Notes under the pieces: generated by a model | Databases searched by the model: none | Told to the model about the DNA's origin: nothing | The model's input: the letters and a program-made list of their open reading frames with translations, nothing else | NCBI RefSeq assembly: GCF_001194135.2 | Contig: NC_068983.1 | Span: forward strand, 9,630,335 to 9,694,334 | Direction of reading: 5' to 3' | Source: Octopus bimaculoides | Taxonomy: Eukaryota | DNA: 64,000 nucleotides | Position numbers and translations under genes: made by a program | Part shown: positions 1 through 13,806 of the stretch, one piece after another | Layout: every line of letters begins with the position of its first letter | Position numbering within the stretch: position 1 is the first letter of the stretch

Positions 1-54
<54 letters not shown>

Positions 55-74
55 TATGTATGTATATATATATA

Positions 75-362
75 TATGCGTTGTCTGATCAATAAGTATC
101 CGGTCTATTGCCATAGTAACGTAGCTAAAGCACGCAAATTGAAGTTAGAACGCTCGCCACAGATTGATCTGGAACTCTGGAGTGCTGGCACACTAAGTTT
201 TAACGCTCTAGCTCACTTCCGCTGTTTGCAACAGTGTTTACAAGTAACGTTGTAATATGCAATCGTCGCATTGACCATGGCAAAGAAAGTTGAGCAGAGA
301 ATTTACATCAAATTTTGCCAAAAGCTTGGCGATGCCTGCTCAGAGGCCTACGCAAAGTTTTC
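75..362 (+). mobile_element. Mariner-like element, 5' fragment (TIR remnant plus transposase N-terminus)
   Basis: ORF 271 begins MAKKVEQRIYIKFCQKLGDACSEAYAK, resembling the mariner N-terminal HTH (EQRxCIKFCxKLG). Upstream TATGCGTTGTCTGATCAATAAGTATCCGG resembles a mariner TIR next to (TA)n. Similarity ends after about 360. Confidence 0.65.
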
Positions 363-1037
363 TATCACTTGTAAATTTTATATTAATTTTCTCCTTCATA
401 TATTCGTTTTTGTTCCTACTTTCCTACTTTTTCCTGATTGTCTCCCCTACCCCGAGCTAGTTTTTGAGTAAGGTAACTCTCTCGAATACACCGGCCAGTC
501 TTGTCTGGGATCGATGTTTTTTCCTTGTTAAGGTCTCTTTGGTTTTTTCACTACTTGTATGTACATTTTTGCTTAAATATTGTAACTTTTTTCTAACATA
601 GTCTTGTCTATCACTTTTAACCTCGTGTAACATGTATATATATATATATATTCGTTTTTCAATATTAACATGTATATGTATAACCCTATGTTTTTTTTTC
701 TACTAGTGCACAAGCTACGTTATATTCTACTATAGACACGTGGCCCTGTTTACATTATACTTCGTCTCGACCTGTTACCATTTTTTAAAAATATATCCGT
801 TAGATCTTTATTTTTATTTTTATGTTATAGTTTACTGCACACATGGACGTGCATACACATTGATATGTCCGTCTTTTTTCTCTTTCGTATCTCATTATTA
901 TTATTACTGTTATTTTTTCCCTTTTACAACTTGCTTGTAAATATCTGATTTTCCCTATTACTCCTTTTGTATTCTCCCTTATTGTATATTTTAATTCACT
1001 TTATTTTATTAAAACTTTTTTTATGCCTTTCCAAAAA

Positions 1038-1146
1038 TTCTTCACACTGATGAGAATGACAATGCATAAATTTAATTATAATTATTATGATTATAATTTT
1101 TTCTTACATATTTGTATTGTCCTTTGAAACGCGCCTATGTATTGAA
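1038..1146 (+). ncRNA. Degenerate minimal hammerhead ribozyme motif (PLE type)
   Basis: CTGATGA 1047-1053. Stem II is GAATGACAATGC (1054-1065) with GTATTGTCCTTT (1114-1125). This is followed by GAAAC-GCGC-CTA (1126-1137; C where G is expected). Stem I is ACA/TGT. Confidence 0.5.
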
Positions 1147-1391
1147 TCTTATTTTGTATTAAATCTAATTTTAATGCAGCATCTTTTTCTCCTCCATTTT
1201 TCTACAATTGTTTATGATATATTTATACCTATAATGATATTTTTCAATAACTATTTTCATATTCTTACTACTTGCTCTGGCTGTTTTTTTATTTTTATGA
1301 ATATGATGAATCTTTATTGAAAACCATTCTTTCTCTCTTTTTGGACCTCTCAAAAAGTTTGAATTGTTCTTTTTTAACTTATTTTTTTCCC

Positions 1392-1492
<101 letters not shown>

Positions 1493-1809
1493 CTATGTGT
1501 TACCATGTAGCTCTAAGCTTCTGCATCTTATATCAAAAATAGCTGTTATCTAATGGAGTTCTTGTTTATTGTTTCTCCCACATTTATTTAATTTCATATC
1601 AAGCTTTGTACGCAATTAACGCTTTATTGTATACTGAATTCTGACACCAGGCTATTAGTATCGCTATGCTTAAGCGAACGAATGTATATATATGCCTTAT
1701 CTTGGGTGCTGAAATCAATGAGAGAGTCGTGGGTTCGGCTTTGTCACATAAGGCGTGTCTAGGTATTTTAAAACCTAGAGAACACATCTTTCTCCGAATC
1801 TGATCACAG

Positions 1810-1865
1810 ATGGTTTGTTCTAGAAAGGAAGACAAATTCGAATTTTGGTGGCATTGGAACCCAAG
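1810..1865 (+). CDS. Candidate exon of an unidentified gene (RWFVLERKTNSNFGGIGTQ, phase 2 to 1)
   Basis: Acceptor ctttctccgaatctgatcacag and donor AAG|gtatag. Phase-compatible with 2087-2204. An alternative upstream exon (about 1651-1762, also ending in phase 1) competes with it. Confidence 0.3.
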
Positions 1866-2086
1866 GTATAGAGATTCAGAATGATTACCACGAAGGAAGT
1901 AAAATATTCGATGCTCTGACGAGTTTGTCAGTTATACATACATTTATACATAAGCATACACATACTCGTTGAATTTATTACTTTCCGGCAATTATGTAAT
2001 CCATTGCTCGAACAACTGCATTCGAATTGTGGAACAACGGAGATAACCTTACATTGTGTGCTGAAGTTTTCTCTGCTCATTCTCAG

Positions 2087-2204
2087 CAGAGTCTTTCTTA
2101 GCTGATGAACAACACGATGATCGCTTCGTAGCAGGGTCGAACATAGTACCATTTGCGGTGTATTGCCATTTGTATAGGAAAGAAACTGACTTCTTATCCG
2201 CACG
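2087..2204 (+). CDS. Candidate exon (AESFLADEQHDDRFVAGSNIVPFAVYCHLYRKETDFLSAR, phase 1 to 2)
   Basis: Strong acceptor ttttctctgctcattctcag, donor CG|gtaatg, and 38 open codons of non-repetitive composition. Confidence 0.45.
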
Positions 2205-2762
2205 GTAATGCTTATGCTACTAGTATTTAAATCATGTTAAAATGTAATTTCTTCTTTTTTTTGCCGGAAATAACTATTTTGCAAGCAGACATTTTAAGCT
2301 GTGTAGTTTGAAATTTTCGAACGACATGGAAAACATTATATTGTTCAACCTACGTCATAATTACGATGAAGATTATCAATTCAAAAAAAATTGTCTTGAG
2401 CTGCGTAATATCTGAAATCAATGCGTGTATAGCATCAAAGAATGATGCGTGATAAAGCAAGTTATATTAACAGTCTGATATCATTAATACGACTTTCTTA
2501 TATTTAATTCATTGTCTTTATTCTTATTTGATCTTTGATTGAAATTCGGTTTTACAATTTTAGTAACATAGGGATATTCACGTCTAAAGCATTTAATTAG
2601 CCACAACTTGCATAGAATTCCCATTGTCCGTATTATTTCGCATATCTTTATTGTATTCTATGTTCAATTACATTGTCTTAAATACCAAATCAATGGAAGG
2701 AATTTGGTTCTTAAATGGAGACGAAGCGTTCTTAACGGATGTCAGTGCAACAATGATATTGC

Positions 2763-2831
<69 letters not shown>

Positions 2832-3353
2832 GCTTTTAACTAGTATTCGTTTATCTGTACATTTAGTCTCAGCAAAGTAGAATTTATTACTCTATTCTCA
2901 TTCAACATTCCTCCTATTAAACAGCAGTGAATTAAATAAGAACTACTAATTCCTATTATCTCCGATAAGATATAAAAACTTTATAACCATTACAATTGTC
3001 AGTTATACACTGGCCTACTCTTCTTGAATACACATTGACCGTTGTCCTGAGATGGAAAATTTGCTGAATGGTTATACTTACGGACAAAGCACTTGACCTG
3101 CTTAGTTCTAGATTTTTATGCTCTTAGTTCAAATACCACTGATTAATATTGCCTTTTATCCTCCTGGAGTTGGTAAAATAAATACCAGTAAAATACTGAA
3201 GTCGATATAATCAACTATTTCTCTCACTACCAAATTTCTAGCTTCCTCTTTGTGCATGTTAATGTTAAAACTAAAAGGAAATTATTCAGTTTGTCGGATT
3301 GGCAGAATCTTGAAAGCGTCGAATAAAATGCTTTGCAGCATTTCTTACAGCTG

Positions 3354-3560
3354 AGGCGGAGAGCTGGAAGAACCGTTAGATCATCGGGCAAGATACCTAA
3401 CAGCATTTTACCTATCGCTACGTTCAATTTACGCCGAGATCGATTTTGTCTTTCATCCTTTGGGAGTCGATAAAATGAGTATAAATATAATCGATGTACC
3501 CCTCTCCAGAAATTACTGTCCTTGTGCCAAAGTTTGAAATCAGTATTACTTCCGGCTCTT
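3354..3560 (+). mobile_element. Degenerate SINE family B copy
   Basis: GGCGGAGAGCTGGAAGAACCGTTAG head and CTTTCATCCTTTGGGAGTCGATAAAATGAGTA core match better-preserved copies at 25493 and 53263. Confidence 0.7.
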
Positions 3561-4071
3561 TAAGTTCTGCGTTCGAATCTTAGCTAGGTTAACTTCGTTT
3601 TGGCAAATAAGACTCTCATGAATAATGATATACATGTTTAAAAGAATAGAGAGACGAAAGCTGTCGGTGGAGTGACCCTAAAGAAACTAACGAAGATTGT
3701 AAATAATCCCCATGAATTAGTAACACTCAGAACTGACTTAAGTCAGTTCTAAGTGTTATTTGTTCGTGGGGATTATTTATATAAACGTATTTATGTAAAC
3801 TTAATTACAGAAAAATCAAAAATATCCCGAGAAAACCTAGAACGCAAAGGTGCGTGAGCAAAGATGTGTAGGCGCACGACAATACTTTATTTTTTTGATT
3901 TCAGAACTATCAGGAACGAAGGCGTGTTGGCGCACGGCAGCGACGACGGCGTGTAGGCGCAGGCGAGGAAGAAACCGAACGTTGGATGGCGAGAGAACGA
4001 AGCAATGTCACTACGTCTAGGAATTCGGAAAGAATTTTCTTAATCTTGTTTGCGCTTTGAGTTTGCAACAG

Positions 4072-4101
4072 GATGCAAACCCCAACACCCTCAATTTTCT
4101 G
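4072..4101 (+). CDS. Candidate 30-nt microexon (DANPNTLNFL in phase 0 or MQTPTPSIF in phase 2)
   Basis: Acceptor tttgagtttgcaacag, donor TG|gtaaga, length divisible by 3. Confidence 0.4.
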
Positions 4102-5309
4102 GTAAGAAGCGGTGTGCCCAGGTGTTATTAGATTTGAAAGCCACAACGATCGAGCTCAACCATACAAACCCTCTAATTCAAGGGGTGTGCGGCATGTTTG
4201 ACACTGTAATTAATAGAAGTCAACAGAAAGAATTTACTCTCGTGAATTTACAATAGCTAGGGGCTGCCGACTATTGTAATCATTGGTATGAGAACGAAAT
4301 AACTTGTCACTAATTCAAATCCAATCATCGATGTAGCAGTTTGGGTAAGGTTAAGATACTTAGCATTCAACGGATAAGTATAAATAGAAAGAAAAATATA
4401 AAGTTTATATAAAGTCTTCGTTGATCTAAATGCTTACCAGAAATCACGTGTATGCAAAGCTAGTTCATTAGCCGTTTAAAATGGTATGACAGCACCAAAT
4501 TTAAAAAGAATAGCAACCCAAATGACGAATATTCCTTGTTACATTGTTTAAATGGTATGACTGTGCCAATTTTAAAGGGAATAGCGACCAAACGTGCATG
4601 ATCCTTGTTACATTGTTTGATCTCATCGTAAATACATTTAAGCTTCTGGACTGCCATTCGAATTAGCAGAATCGTTAGAGTGTCCAATAGAAAGCCTTAT
4701 GACATTTGTTTTCAGTCTCAGTTTCGTGAGTTTAAATCCATCAGAAGTTATCTTTGTTTTTCTACCTCTTCAGGTCTATAGAAAAATGTACTAATCTAGG
4801 ACAGTGGACTGGTGAATTATTAGTCTGTTGTACAGGATACTTGTAATATTCGTTCCAGATCTCTGTATCTTGAATTCACTGAAAACGGTAACACTTCTGT
4901 CAGAAGTTGCAACCGACAGAAAGCATCAATAATTTGGAAAGAAAAAATTATAGAAACATCTCTCGCTCTCGTACTTTATGATCATTGATAAACGTAACAC
5001 AACAAACTCCGTTTCGGTAATACAATAAATTAAAAGCACGTAACATTATATAATTGGCATACACAAACACATGTACACACGCGTACACAAACGCTAATGA
5101 CGTGAACGCATATACAGATACCCTCATTCTCTCACGCATATGTACACACACGTACAAGCACACATTCATACACACAGCTAAATATATCGTCAGTATGTAT
5201 GTATGTATATGCGTGAGCGTCAATTGCTTTCGTATGCCTGCACATTCGAGTGGCGTTCGTTTAAATTTTCTCTCTATTGCACTTACACTTTTACCATCCC
5301 TTTCTACAG

Positions 5310-5333
5310 TGTAACAGACTTTTTACACCACAG
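5310..5333 (+). CDS. Candidate 24-nt microexon (CNRLFTPQ in phase 0 or VTDFLHH in phase 2)
   Basis: Long pyrimidine tract ttttaccatccctttctacag, donor CAG|gtatgt, 24 nt. Confidence 0.5.
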
Positions 5334-6019
5334 GTATGTATCGTTAGCATTTCAATATAACAGATTCTAATTAAAGCTGCCTTACCACTGAAGACTTAGA
5401 GTCTAAATTGAATGTGTAGGTGTACTGCAGGCAAGAGAAGTTACAAAACTTTTAGTAAACCATAATTTGTATAGCTAAATACAAGTAATTCTGCAATTAT
5501 AGATGAAAAAGTGATTGGCTCCAAACACACACCGCTTACTTCCTCCTCATACATCATAATAAACTGATATATTACATGGCTAGATGAACTACGTGACAGC
5601 ATATGTAAAGTTGTATCACGTATCCAGGTGTATCTGGTTTAGAAATAGCACATGACTAGGCATGTGATATATATGAGTATTTTACAAATTAATATGCGTG
5701 ACATCCTCAGACGCATCACATGCCCGGATACATCATATGTTTAGATACATGCTATGAGATGGTGCATCGTATACATCGATATATCATACACATATTGACA
5801 CACTATAGGATTAAGCACGATATATGATTTGATAAATGGCATGACTAGACATATTACATTTCTATACACATCATATGTGTCAATATCTCATACGTTGAGA
5901 TAGATGTATAGATATGCTGAGATGCTTCATATGAATATATATACATCACACATCTATCGATACGTTACATGATTAGATACTACAAACGACTAGATACCTC
6001 ACATCACTTGAAACATCAT

Positions 6020-6082
<63 letters not shown>

Positions 6083-6113
6083 CAGACAGATAGACAGGCA
6101 GACATACAGGCGG

Positions 6114-6189
<76 letters not shown>

Positions 6190-6190
6190 G
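6020..6190. repeat. (GATA)n/(GACA)n compound microsatellite
   Basis: Directly visible. Confidence 0.95.
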
Positions 6191-7879
6191 TCTAAATACG
6201 TCATATATCTACATACAACAGGAATATATAGATTTAGCATTTGCATGCATTCATCATACAACTCTAGATATAGCATATCACAACAGACGTCATATATATA
6301 TACACAACGCAAGACGTGATGCATACATCACATGTCTCGATAGACAGCGCAACAATGAAGCGTTCCAAAGTTTACTTGGTTACTGGAGAAGTAAAAATGA
6401 AACATAACTGTTTCACTCATATTTTGTTTCTTCTTAATTAATAATACGATAAATTTTATTTTCGGCTCTATTACCTTTTATTTTCTCGTTATGTTGATAT
6501 TTAATTGTGTACGCGCGTATGTGTATGAATATATGCGTATATATGAGCGGATGGTATGTGTATGTAAATTTGTGTGTTTATGGGCCTGATTTAGTGAGAT
6601 TTATGCGTGTGTATATGTGTGTGTTTGGATATGGATTTGCACATATGTGTGTTTGTATGTATGTATGTATGCGTTTATCTTTCTCGAGTGTCCGCGAATG
6701 TTTTGTCTGTATCTATGTATGTGTATGTGTGTATATGTTTGTGTGTTTATGTATATGTATGCGTGTAAATGTTCGTGAATTTATGAGTAATTAAAGTCTT
6801 TTAGGCAGACAGAAATTATAAATTAGAAATTGGAGACTCGAAATTATGAAGAAATTGAGGAATACAATGAACAATTTTAAGGAGATTATAGAAAAAAAAA
6901 AGATTTTTTCGCTAACCATAATAAAACATTGCAAATGTCAGAAGAATTTTAATGTAATATGAGTTTGAAAAACTGTCTTAAGTACTTTCATTAAAATATC
7001 TTCGAAGTTGTTGCAGGGTTTCTTGTTTACTAAACAGCTAACCTTACTATTTCTAACAATGTAAGCTAAAGAAGAAGCCATTATGCAGTCGGATCTTCAG
7101 CTAGAAATATCAGATAAAAAATATCAACATGCTTCTTCGAAATTACAGTCTGCGAATCAAAGTTGATTTGTTAAAATCTAAAAATCAGCAACGGCGACAA
7201 ATCCATCTCTCGTTATCAGCATTCGTGTTTGAGATTAGGATAGCTTTCAATCCTTATTGAAACTCCTTTATTTAGCAGCTAATCCTAGAAATTTATACGG
7301 ATGCTGGTTTCTAGATTTGGTTTAAAACGAAACCATCTTTAAAACAAAATTTAAATAAGATATTGTTCTATAAATAAATAATCTACCCAGTTCGAATTCA
7401 TCGCATAACTTCTTGCTCCTAGGAATTTCTCTTCCAGAGCTCTAATCTTCTGGATGACTCAAGCTCATCGGCCGGAAGGATAATAGAAAGTTTTAGCTGA
7501 AATAGATACTGGAGTAGACGCAATATGGCTGAATGGTTAAGACGTTTGCTTCTCAAACACAAGGGCTTAAGAGCGAAATTAAGAAGACGGAAACTGTGTA
7601 GAATCCCGTCGAAATAGATTGTGCCTATAATTCGAAAGTATGGCCTTGTCATACAGTGCCACGCTGATTCTGCCTAAGGATTACATCAAGGGTTCACGGG
7701 TTTGTGAAATACACAGCCACTTACACACTACACAGGGAAATCATTTGACCGAATAACAGGAAACGAATGTCCAAAAATTCTGACCATGATCTAAATGATG
7801 GAACCTTCTTTGGCATTACAATTTCACTGTTTGTTTATACCTTGGTCCTTCAAATGCATATCTGGATACATAAAATGAT

Positions 7880-8145
7880 TAGCGCAAACACGGCTAAGTG
7901 GCTAAAAAGCTCGCTTTGCAAACACGGGATTTCGGTTACAGTCACACTGCTCGGAACCTTGGGCAAGTGTCTTCTTTTATAGATCCGAATCAGTCAATGC
8001 GTTGTGAATTTGGTAGATGAAAGCTACGTGGAAGTGTGTCGTATGTGTATGTCTCTGTGTGTGTCTTTGTGTTTCTTTGTCACCCCACATCGCTTGACCA
8101 TTGGTGTTGGTTTATTTGTGTTCTCGTAACGTAGTGGTCTAATAC
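7880..8145 (+). mobile_element. Degenerate SINE family A copy
   Basis: CCTTGGGCAAGTGTCTT, ATTTGGTAGA and CATCGCTTGAC...GGTGTTGGT motifs shared with the intact copy at 16521. Confidence 0.65.
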
Positions 8146-8915
8146 AACAGAGTCCTGATGAGCTTAATCCAGAGTTATGTAATCAAACCTTTTTTTATTA
8201 TTGCCATTGTTGTATTACCGAATACTGAATATTTGGATTCATGAGTACCACTTTCTTGTCCATGGCATCTTTATTCCTCAATTCCATTCCTTGAGATTCC
8301 TTAATCATAATTACATCTCAAAATGTTATTACTGCTCTTCTTTTAAAGCCAGCATATAAACAAAACATTGCAAGAAATACCAACCGGTATTTTTATCGGT
8401 TTAGCAATATAGTGTTGACAATTGCGATCCGATGGTGAAACGGATTCATTTGAACATTTGTAACTAAGAATGACATCCATATTTTAGCTCCATTTTATCG
8501 CTATCACAATTACTTTAAGATTCTTAGAATTACTAGGGTGTAATACACATTTATATCTTGAACTTTTTAGTTTCGACTATTGACGTTGAGCATCCGAATC
8601 TAGCCAATCTACAGCTGATCATTTTGGAATCATTATGTGCCTAACATATGTATATACTACAGCGTTGATCATTCCGTCATTTTCCCTATGTTCATGATGT
8701 GTAGTGTGTACTACAATATCTCGTGAGTCTTTCCTTTTCAAGGACAGCTCATATGGTTACAATTTTAAATGGTTTAGGGACCATGCATAAATTTTGTTCA
8801 TTAAGTCTGACTGAGCTGAAGTTGGTGAAAAGCATACCAATCAGGATAATCATACGACCGTTAGACAACCAGGCAATAGGGTGTGATTGGAGGGATATGT
8901 GGATGCAGGTTTGAG

Positions 8916-8917
<2 letters not shown>

Positions 8918-9000
<83 letters not shown>
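8918..9000. repeat. (AG)n microsatellite
   Basis: Directly visible. Confidence 0.95.
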
Positions 9001-9002
<2 letters not shown>

Positions 9003-11362
9003 GCCTTCCTAATTGTTTGAATACGTTGTTGACGAGATACACATTTATAAACATATGAAATATGTCGGCCATGACTTTTTCCCCCAAATATCAAAAACAT
9101 CGTTGTTAAAATAATTTGCAACAACTTGCAAATGAAAACACATTATATGCTTATTTTAATAATAATGAGACTGTTATATGTAGAATATCTTACTACAAAA
9201 GGCTACTTGATCAGATTTGAAACGGGGCTAAACAACAATTTTGATCATGTATTAATGGCCTCAAAAGCGGGAAGTGTTTCAAGTGACGAAGAAACAAATT
9301 AGCCAAGCTTTCCGGTCTCATTGCCTATAATCGATTATTGATTACTGATTGTAAACTTAATGGGAGTGAATCAAAACATAATCGCAATACAGACTTATCG
9401 AAAGCTTACATATTTCAGTCAGTTGTAATGCAGTTGTCATGGACTTGGAATTGTTACTGTTGTTTAATCCCAGGTTAGCCGAAATTTAACAAACCTGTAA
9501 TTAAAATTGTTCTAACTGGGATCGTCCTATTTTCTTTTCACAGATAGTCAATGCAGGTCAACATCATCTTATGGATAATCTAGTTGCTATTTCTAGCATT
9601 TCGAACAACCACATAGAATCTCCCTTGTTCGTACTAAGTCTATTTTGCTAAGATTAAATTTAAAAAACCTTAGTTATAAAACAGTAAAGTTAATTACAAC
9701 TTTTTCTACCGCACGTATAATTGAATAAAATGAAATGGCATGAAACTAGAGTTGAAAGTGCATCACTCTCTAGACTTACACTAAGCTTATCGGGTGTGTT
9801 TTGAACACACAGACATCGAAAAGAAGTTGTTTTGTGAAGAAACACAACAACGATTAGCATAGTCACGTTCGCATCTACCGGAAAGAATTAAGGCTAATTA
9901 TGCAAATCATCGCTTTGATTCGCGCAGTTAACAATTTATTATGGCATGGTATTCTTCCTAAATGCTGAGAACACTTTCCTAAAAATTCACAAAAAAATAA
10001 AAAGCAAAAGAAAATATTATTTGTGAAATTTCGACAACTCATTTATTAGCCTTGAGATGAAAAATGAAAATATCGGAGGCAGATATTAAATGAAAGACTA
10101 TGTATGTTCTTTGTCTCAATACAATGTAGGACGGGCAGTATAAAAAAATATCATTAATTCTTTTTCCTTTTTGAAAATTTTAAAATATTAAGCACATTGT
10201 TAATTTAACAAAAAATAAAGAAAATTTATTTTCGGAGCAATCTTTAACGTTAAGTACAGAATATGTAAAAAAGCTAATGTAACGTTCTTGCAAAACCTAA
10301 ATGAATGAAATTCCAACTGAATATATGAAACACAGGAACAAAGTGTGCGCAAGCAAACAAAAGTTCTTTTCATAAATATAATCAATTTTACCTCCCAATG
10401 CCACGATATATTTTCTTCTTCCATTTGTTACCCTTTTAAACTTGATATATTTTTTAAATTATTCGCTTCTTTGTGTTCTTCCTTTCAAACGGCTATCAAT
10501 ATGTGACTACCAATACAAACGCTCCTTTGTTCTTTGTTTTTTCTTAGCAACCAACATATCACTGATGACAACGTGTAGGAATAAATAACTCAGACATTTA
10601 TTTTATGCCCGACACAGTTCAATGAACCATAAAGAAGAAAATAATTACTCTTGATGTACAACATACATATACACATGCATAAATATACACCCACAAATGC
10701 ACAAAATGCGCATATATAAATACGTATACGCAAATGCATATATTTATTCATATGTGCAAAAAGCGCAGACACCCACGTACGCGAAGACAAAACTTTATTC
10801 ATACACCCACACAGTTATACACGAAATCTGCTGTAATTTTTTGATTGATTACCGCAGATATTTATGTATTTATATATATATGTGTGTATGTATATATATA
10901 CATATATATATATATATACACACACACACATATATGAAGGTATATGTGTATGTATTTATGTATGTGTGTGTTCGTGTTCGTTTCTTTATCTCTGTGTATT
11001 CTAAGGGAGGTAGAACAGCATATTAGCTAATTACCCAGATGTATTGGTTGCAGTTTATACCAAGTTTCTTGTCGCTGGAATAGTTCTCGCCTAGTCACAA
11101 AATTGATTTTTACAATAAGTATGTGAGCGTGCGTGTGAGAGCTTGTGTGGATGTGCGTTCATGCGGGTGTGCGCACGTGGGGGTGTGAATGTGTTTTATT
11201 TTGCACTTCAAGGTCATAAAATCTGTTAGATAATGAAACGACACATTATCAGTACAGTAAATGACATGCACTGTAATATAAGAAATATTGTTACCGCATT
11301 TCTTTTCACTAATTAACGTGATCCCTTTAGTTATGTACACAACAGATAACCCTGATTTTACA

Positions 11363-11402
<40 letters not shown>

Positions 11403-11499
11403 ACAAACTAAGAAATGCTGAACAAAGCTAGTTCAACGAGCATTGAGTCAATGTTACTGATGGCTTAGTAACGCTGGACTTGCCATATAATCAGAATGA

Positions 11500-11735
11500 C
11501 TGACAGCCGTGTTCCTAGACACGCAAGGCTCACACAAACAAGGAAGGTTTAAACTGAAATACAAAGACACTCTGAAAAGGAGCCTCAAATGGAGCGACAT
11601 TAGTCTACACGAACGCGAAGCCGCTGCCGCATCAGCTGCCTTCGAAGAGAACCGGCGAAAGTGTCTCGATGTTGCAAGGGGAAAGACGTCACAAAGCAGT
11701 GTCTGCAGCAGAGGCTTGGAGTTCAGACCACGACA
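11500..11735 (+). mobile_element. RTE-clade LINE, decayed ORF C-terminal fragment
   Basis: GSHKQGRFKLKYKDTLKRSLK...AFEENRRK...VCSRGL matches the RTE post-RT tail (GxRxxGxxKxRYKDxLKxxL...FE...C..GL). Confidence 0.65.
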
Positions 11736-11759
11736 TGATACTCTGCTATTTTAATTTCC

Positions 11760-12965
11760 GACATATCAAAACCAAACCAGCCAATCCCAGTCCACTGCAC
11801 TTATTTTACAACATAAACTTCCACAAAGCGGATTGGTGAGCAATCAGAAAGGGTCTGTTCTTCATCGACTGGTCCTTCATTTTCAGTTCCATTCACATTG
11901 AGACCGCATGGAAGCACTTTGAGAACATTGTCAGCTACACATGCTCAAAACACTCTCCTACGAAATCCACTAAGGCAAACAGAAACCGGCTCCCTAGAAA
12001 GAAAAAAACACTCATCAGGTGCATCAAAAGACTCAATAAAAATCAATTAGTTAAAATACTTCCACATACAACATCCACATTTAACAACAGTGAAAAAGCT
12101 GGAGTTGGAAAATCTTCATCTGCAGACCGACATGAAAACTTCCATTGAAAATCAACGAGCTGCAGAGAATCAGTGGGTAATCAAAAAAATCAAACAGAGC
12201 CCAAAAGTGTTCTATTCTTATGTCTCACTTATTGGGCCATTGACTGATGATAACAGCAGTCCCCAACACGATGCTAAAGAAATGGCAGAAATACTGCAGA
12301 AACAATAATGCTCTGTCTTTAGTGATCCCACTGATATTGACGTAAGGGAAGCAAACGAAGTTGATTCCCAACAACAGATCTCAGACATAACTTTCACTGC
12401 CTCAGACATCATAGCAGCAATAAATGAGGTCAAATACTATTCTGCTGTAGGCCCTGATAGATTCCCCGCTAGTCTCCTGAAGGAATGTAGACACTAACTT
12501 GCAGTCCCTCTGACCAACTTCTGGAGAAATTCTTAAGATTCCGATTACAAACCGAAACAGCTCCTATCCCAGTCTGTCATCCCGGTTTTCAAACAGGGAA
12601 ACAGATCCCTCGCAGTCAACTATCGCCCAATCTCCCACATCATTAACCTGTTCGAAAGAGTGGTAAGATCAAGGATACTTGGCTTCCTGGAGATCCACAA
12701 ACTCCTAAATGCAAATCAGCATGGCTTTCGCTGTGGCAGATACTGTCTAACACAGCCCTTACACCACATTGAGGATATACTTAAACCTTGGGAACAGGTT
12801 CGAACTCTGATGTCATATATCTTGGCTTCAGTAAAGTGTTCAACAGGGTTGACCATAATATCTTACTCAGATGAGCCACCCATACCTGGATATAACTCAC
12901 TCAACAAGAACTACCTACTCAAATGGACCATGATACCACAAAACTTAACTTTAAAAGGATTTAGC
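11760..12965 (+). mobile_element. CR1/L2-like LINE reverse transcriptase fragment (stops, frameshifts, internal deletion)
   Basis: Translations contain SAVGPDRFP..LLKEC, VIPVFKQGNRSLAVNYRPIS, NQHGFRCGRYCLTQ and DVIYLGFSKVFNRVDHNILL (RT domains 0-3 of non-LTR elements). Confidence 0.85.
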
Positions 12966-13044
12966 TAATCCTACCAGGTGGTGCTATTAAATTAGACATG
13001 GGCTGGACCAATCTTTGGTCGAAACATATCTAAGTTTATATATA

Positions 13045-13111
<67 letters not shown>

Positions 13112-13770
13112 ATGGCATTGATCAAACAGAGGCTATGGTAAAATGAACACAGTGAGGGTCGGAAAGTATCTGACAGTGGAATCGAATCCAGAACAGCGTA
13201 GTTTTAGTTCCAAAGTGAATTTGCTAAGCACACAGCCATGCGAAGCTCTAGAGAAAAACATATCCAGCGGAGTTTATGTATTAATAGCCAATCAACATGA
13301 ACAATTTAACACTTGTATTGTCATAGCAAATTGAATTATCTTGTTGCTACAGACAAATGCTTTTTCCTTGTTTTATTACACAAATTATGTATTAGCATTT
13401 GTTTTTGTTTTCTGTTTGATTTTTTTCTTTTTTTTTTTTGTCTAATCTAACATCAGGAAGAGGAATAAAATCATTTCTGTATAATAGCTGAGTAGAGACA
13501 TGTTTGTTTTTATTTTCATGCTTCTTCAGCGTTTTATCTTTAACATATATTAATTTGTTATCTAGTCAATCTCTGAAAGGAAATAAGCGCTTAAATCTAG
13601 TCGTAATTAGCAATGAAACAAATATTAAACAGGAAAAAACTTTACATATAAGTGAGCAAATTTGTTCCGCTTCAAACTTACTCTTTGAACAAAAAAAAAA
13701 CCTATTCTGTTTTAATTTTTTTACTTTGTTATAATTATATGTGCTTCTACGTATGTGTATATGTGTATGC

Positions 13771-13806
<36 letters not shown>

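Noticed and set aside
1810-1865. RWFVL as a PH-domain motif, or FWWH as a FAM227/FWWh motif
   Set aside because: The matches are only 4-5 residues, and the flanking sequence does not follow either family.
4460-4687. KQCNK repeats suggesting a C2H2 zinc-finger array
   Set aside because: The period is 23 aa rather than 28, there is only one Cys per unit, and there are no His pairs.
7060-7500. Short protein-like frames (AKEEAIMQSDLQLE..., VIQKIRALEEKFLG...)
   Set aside because: Splice sites are weak or absent, stops are frequent, and no family is recognisable.
8156-8190. CTGATGAG as a hammerhead core (also 2103, 10564, 12244)
   Set aside because: No stem II-GAAAC arrangement follows.
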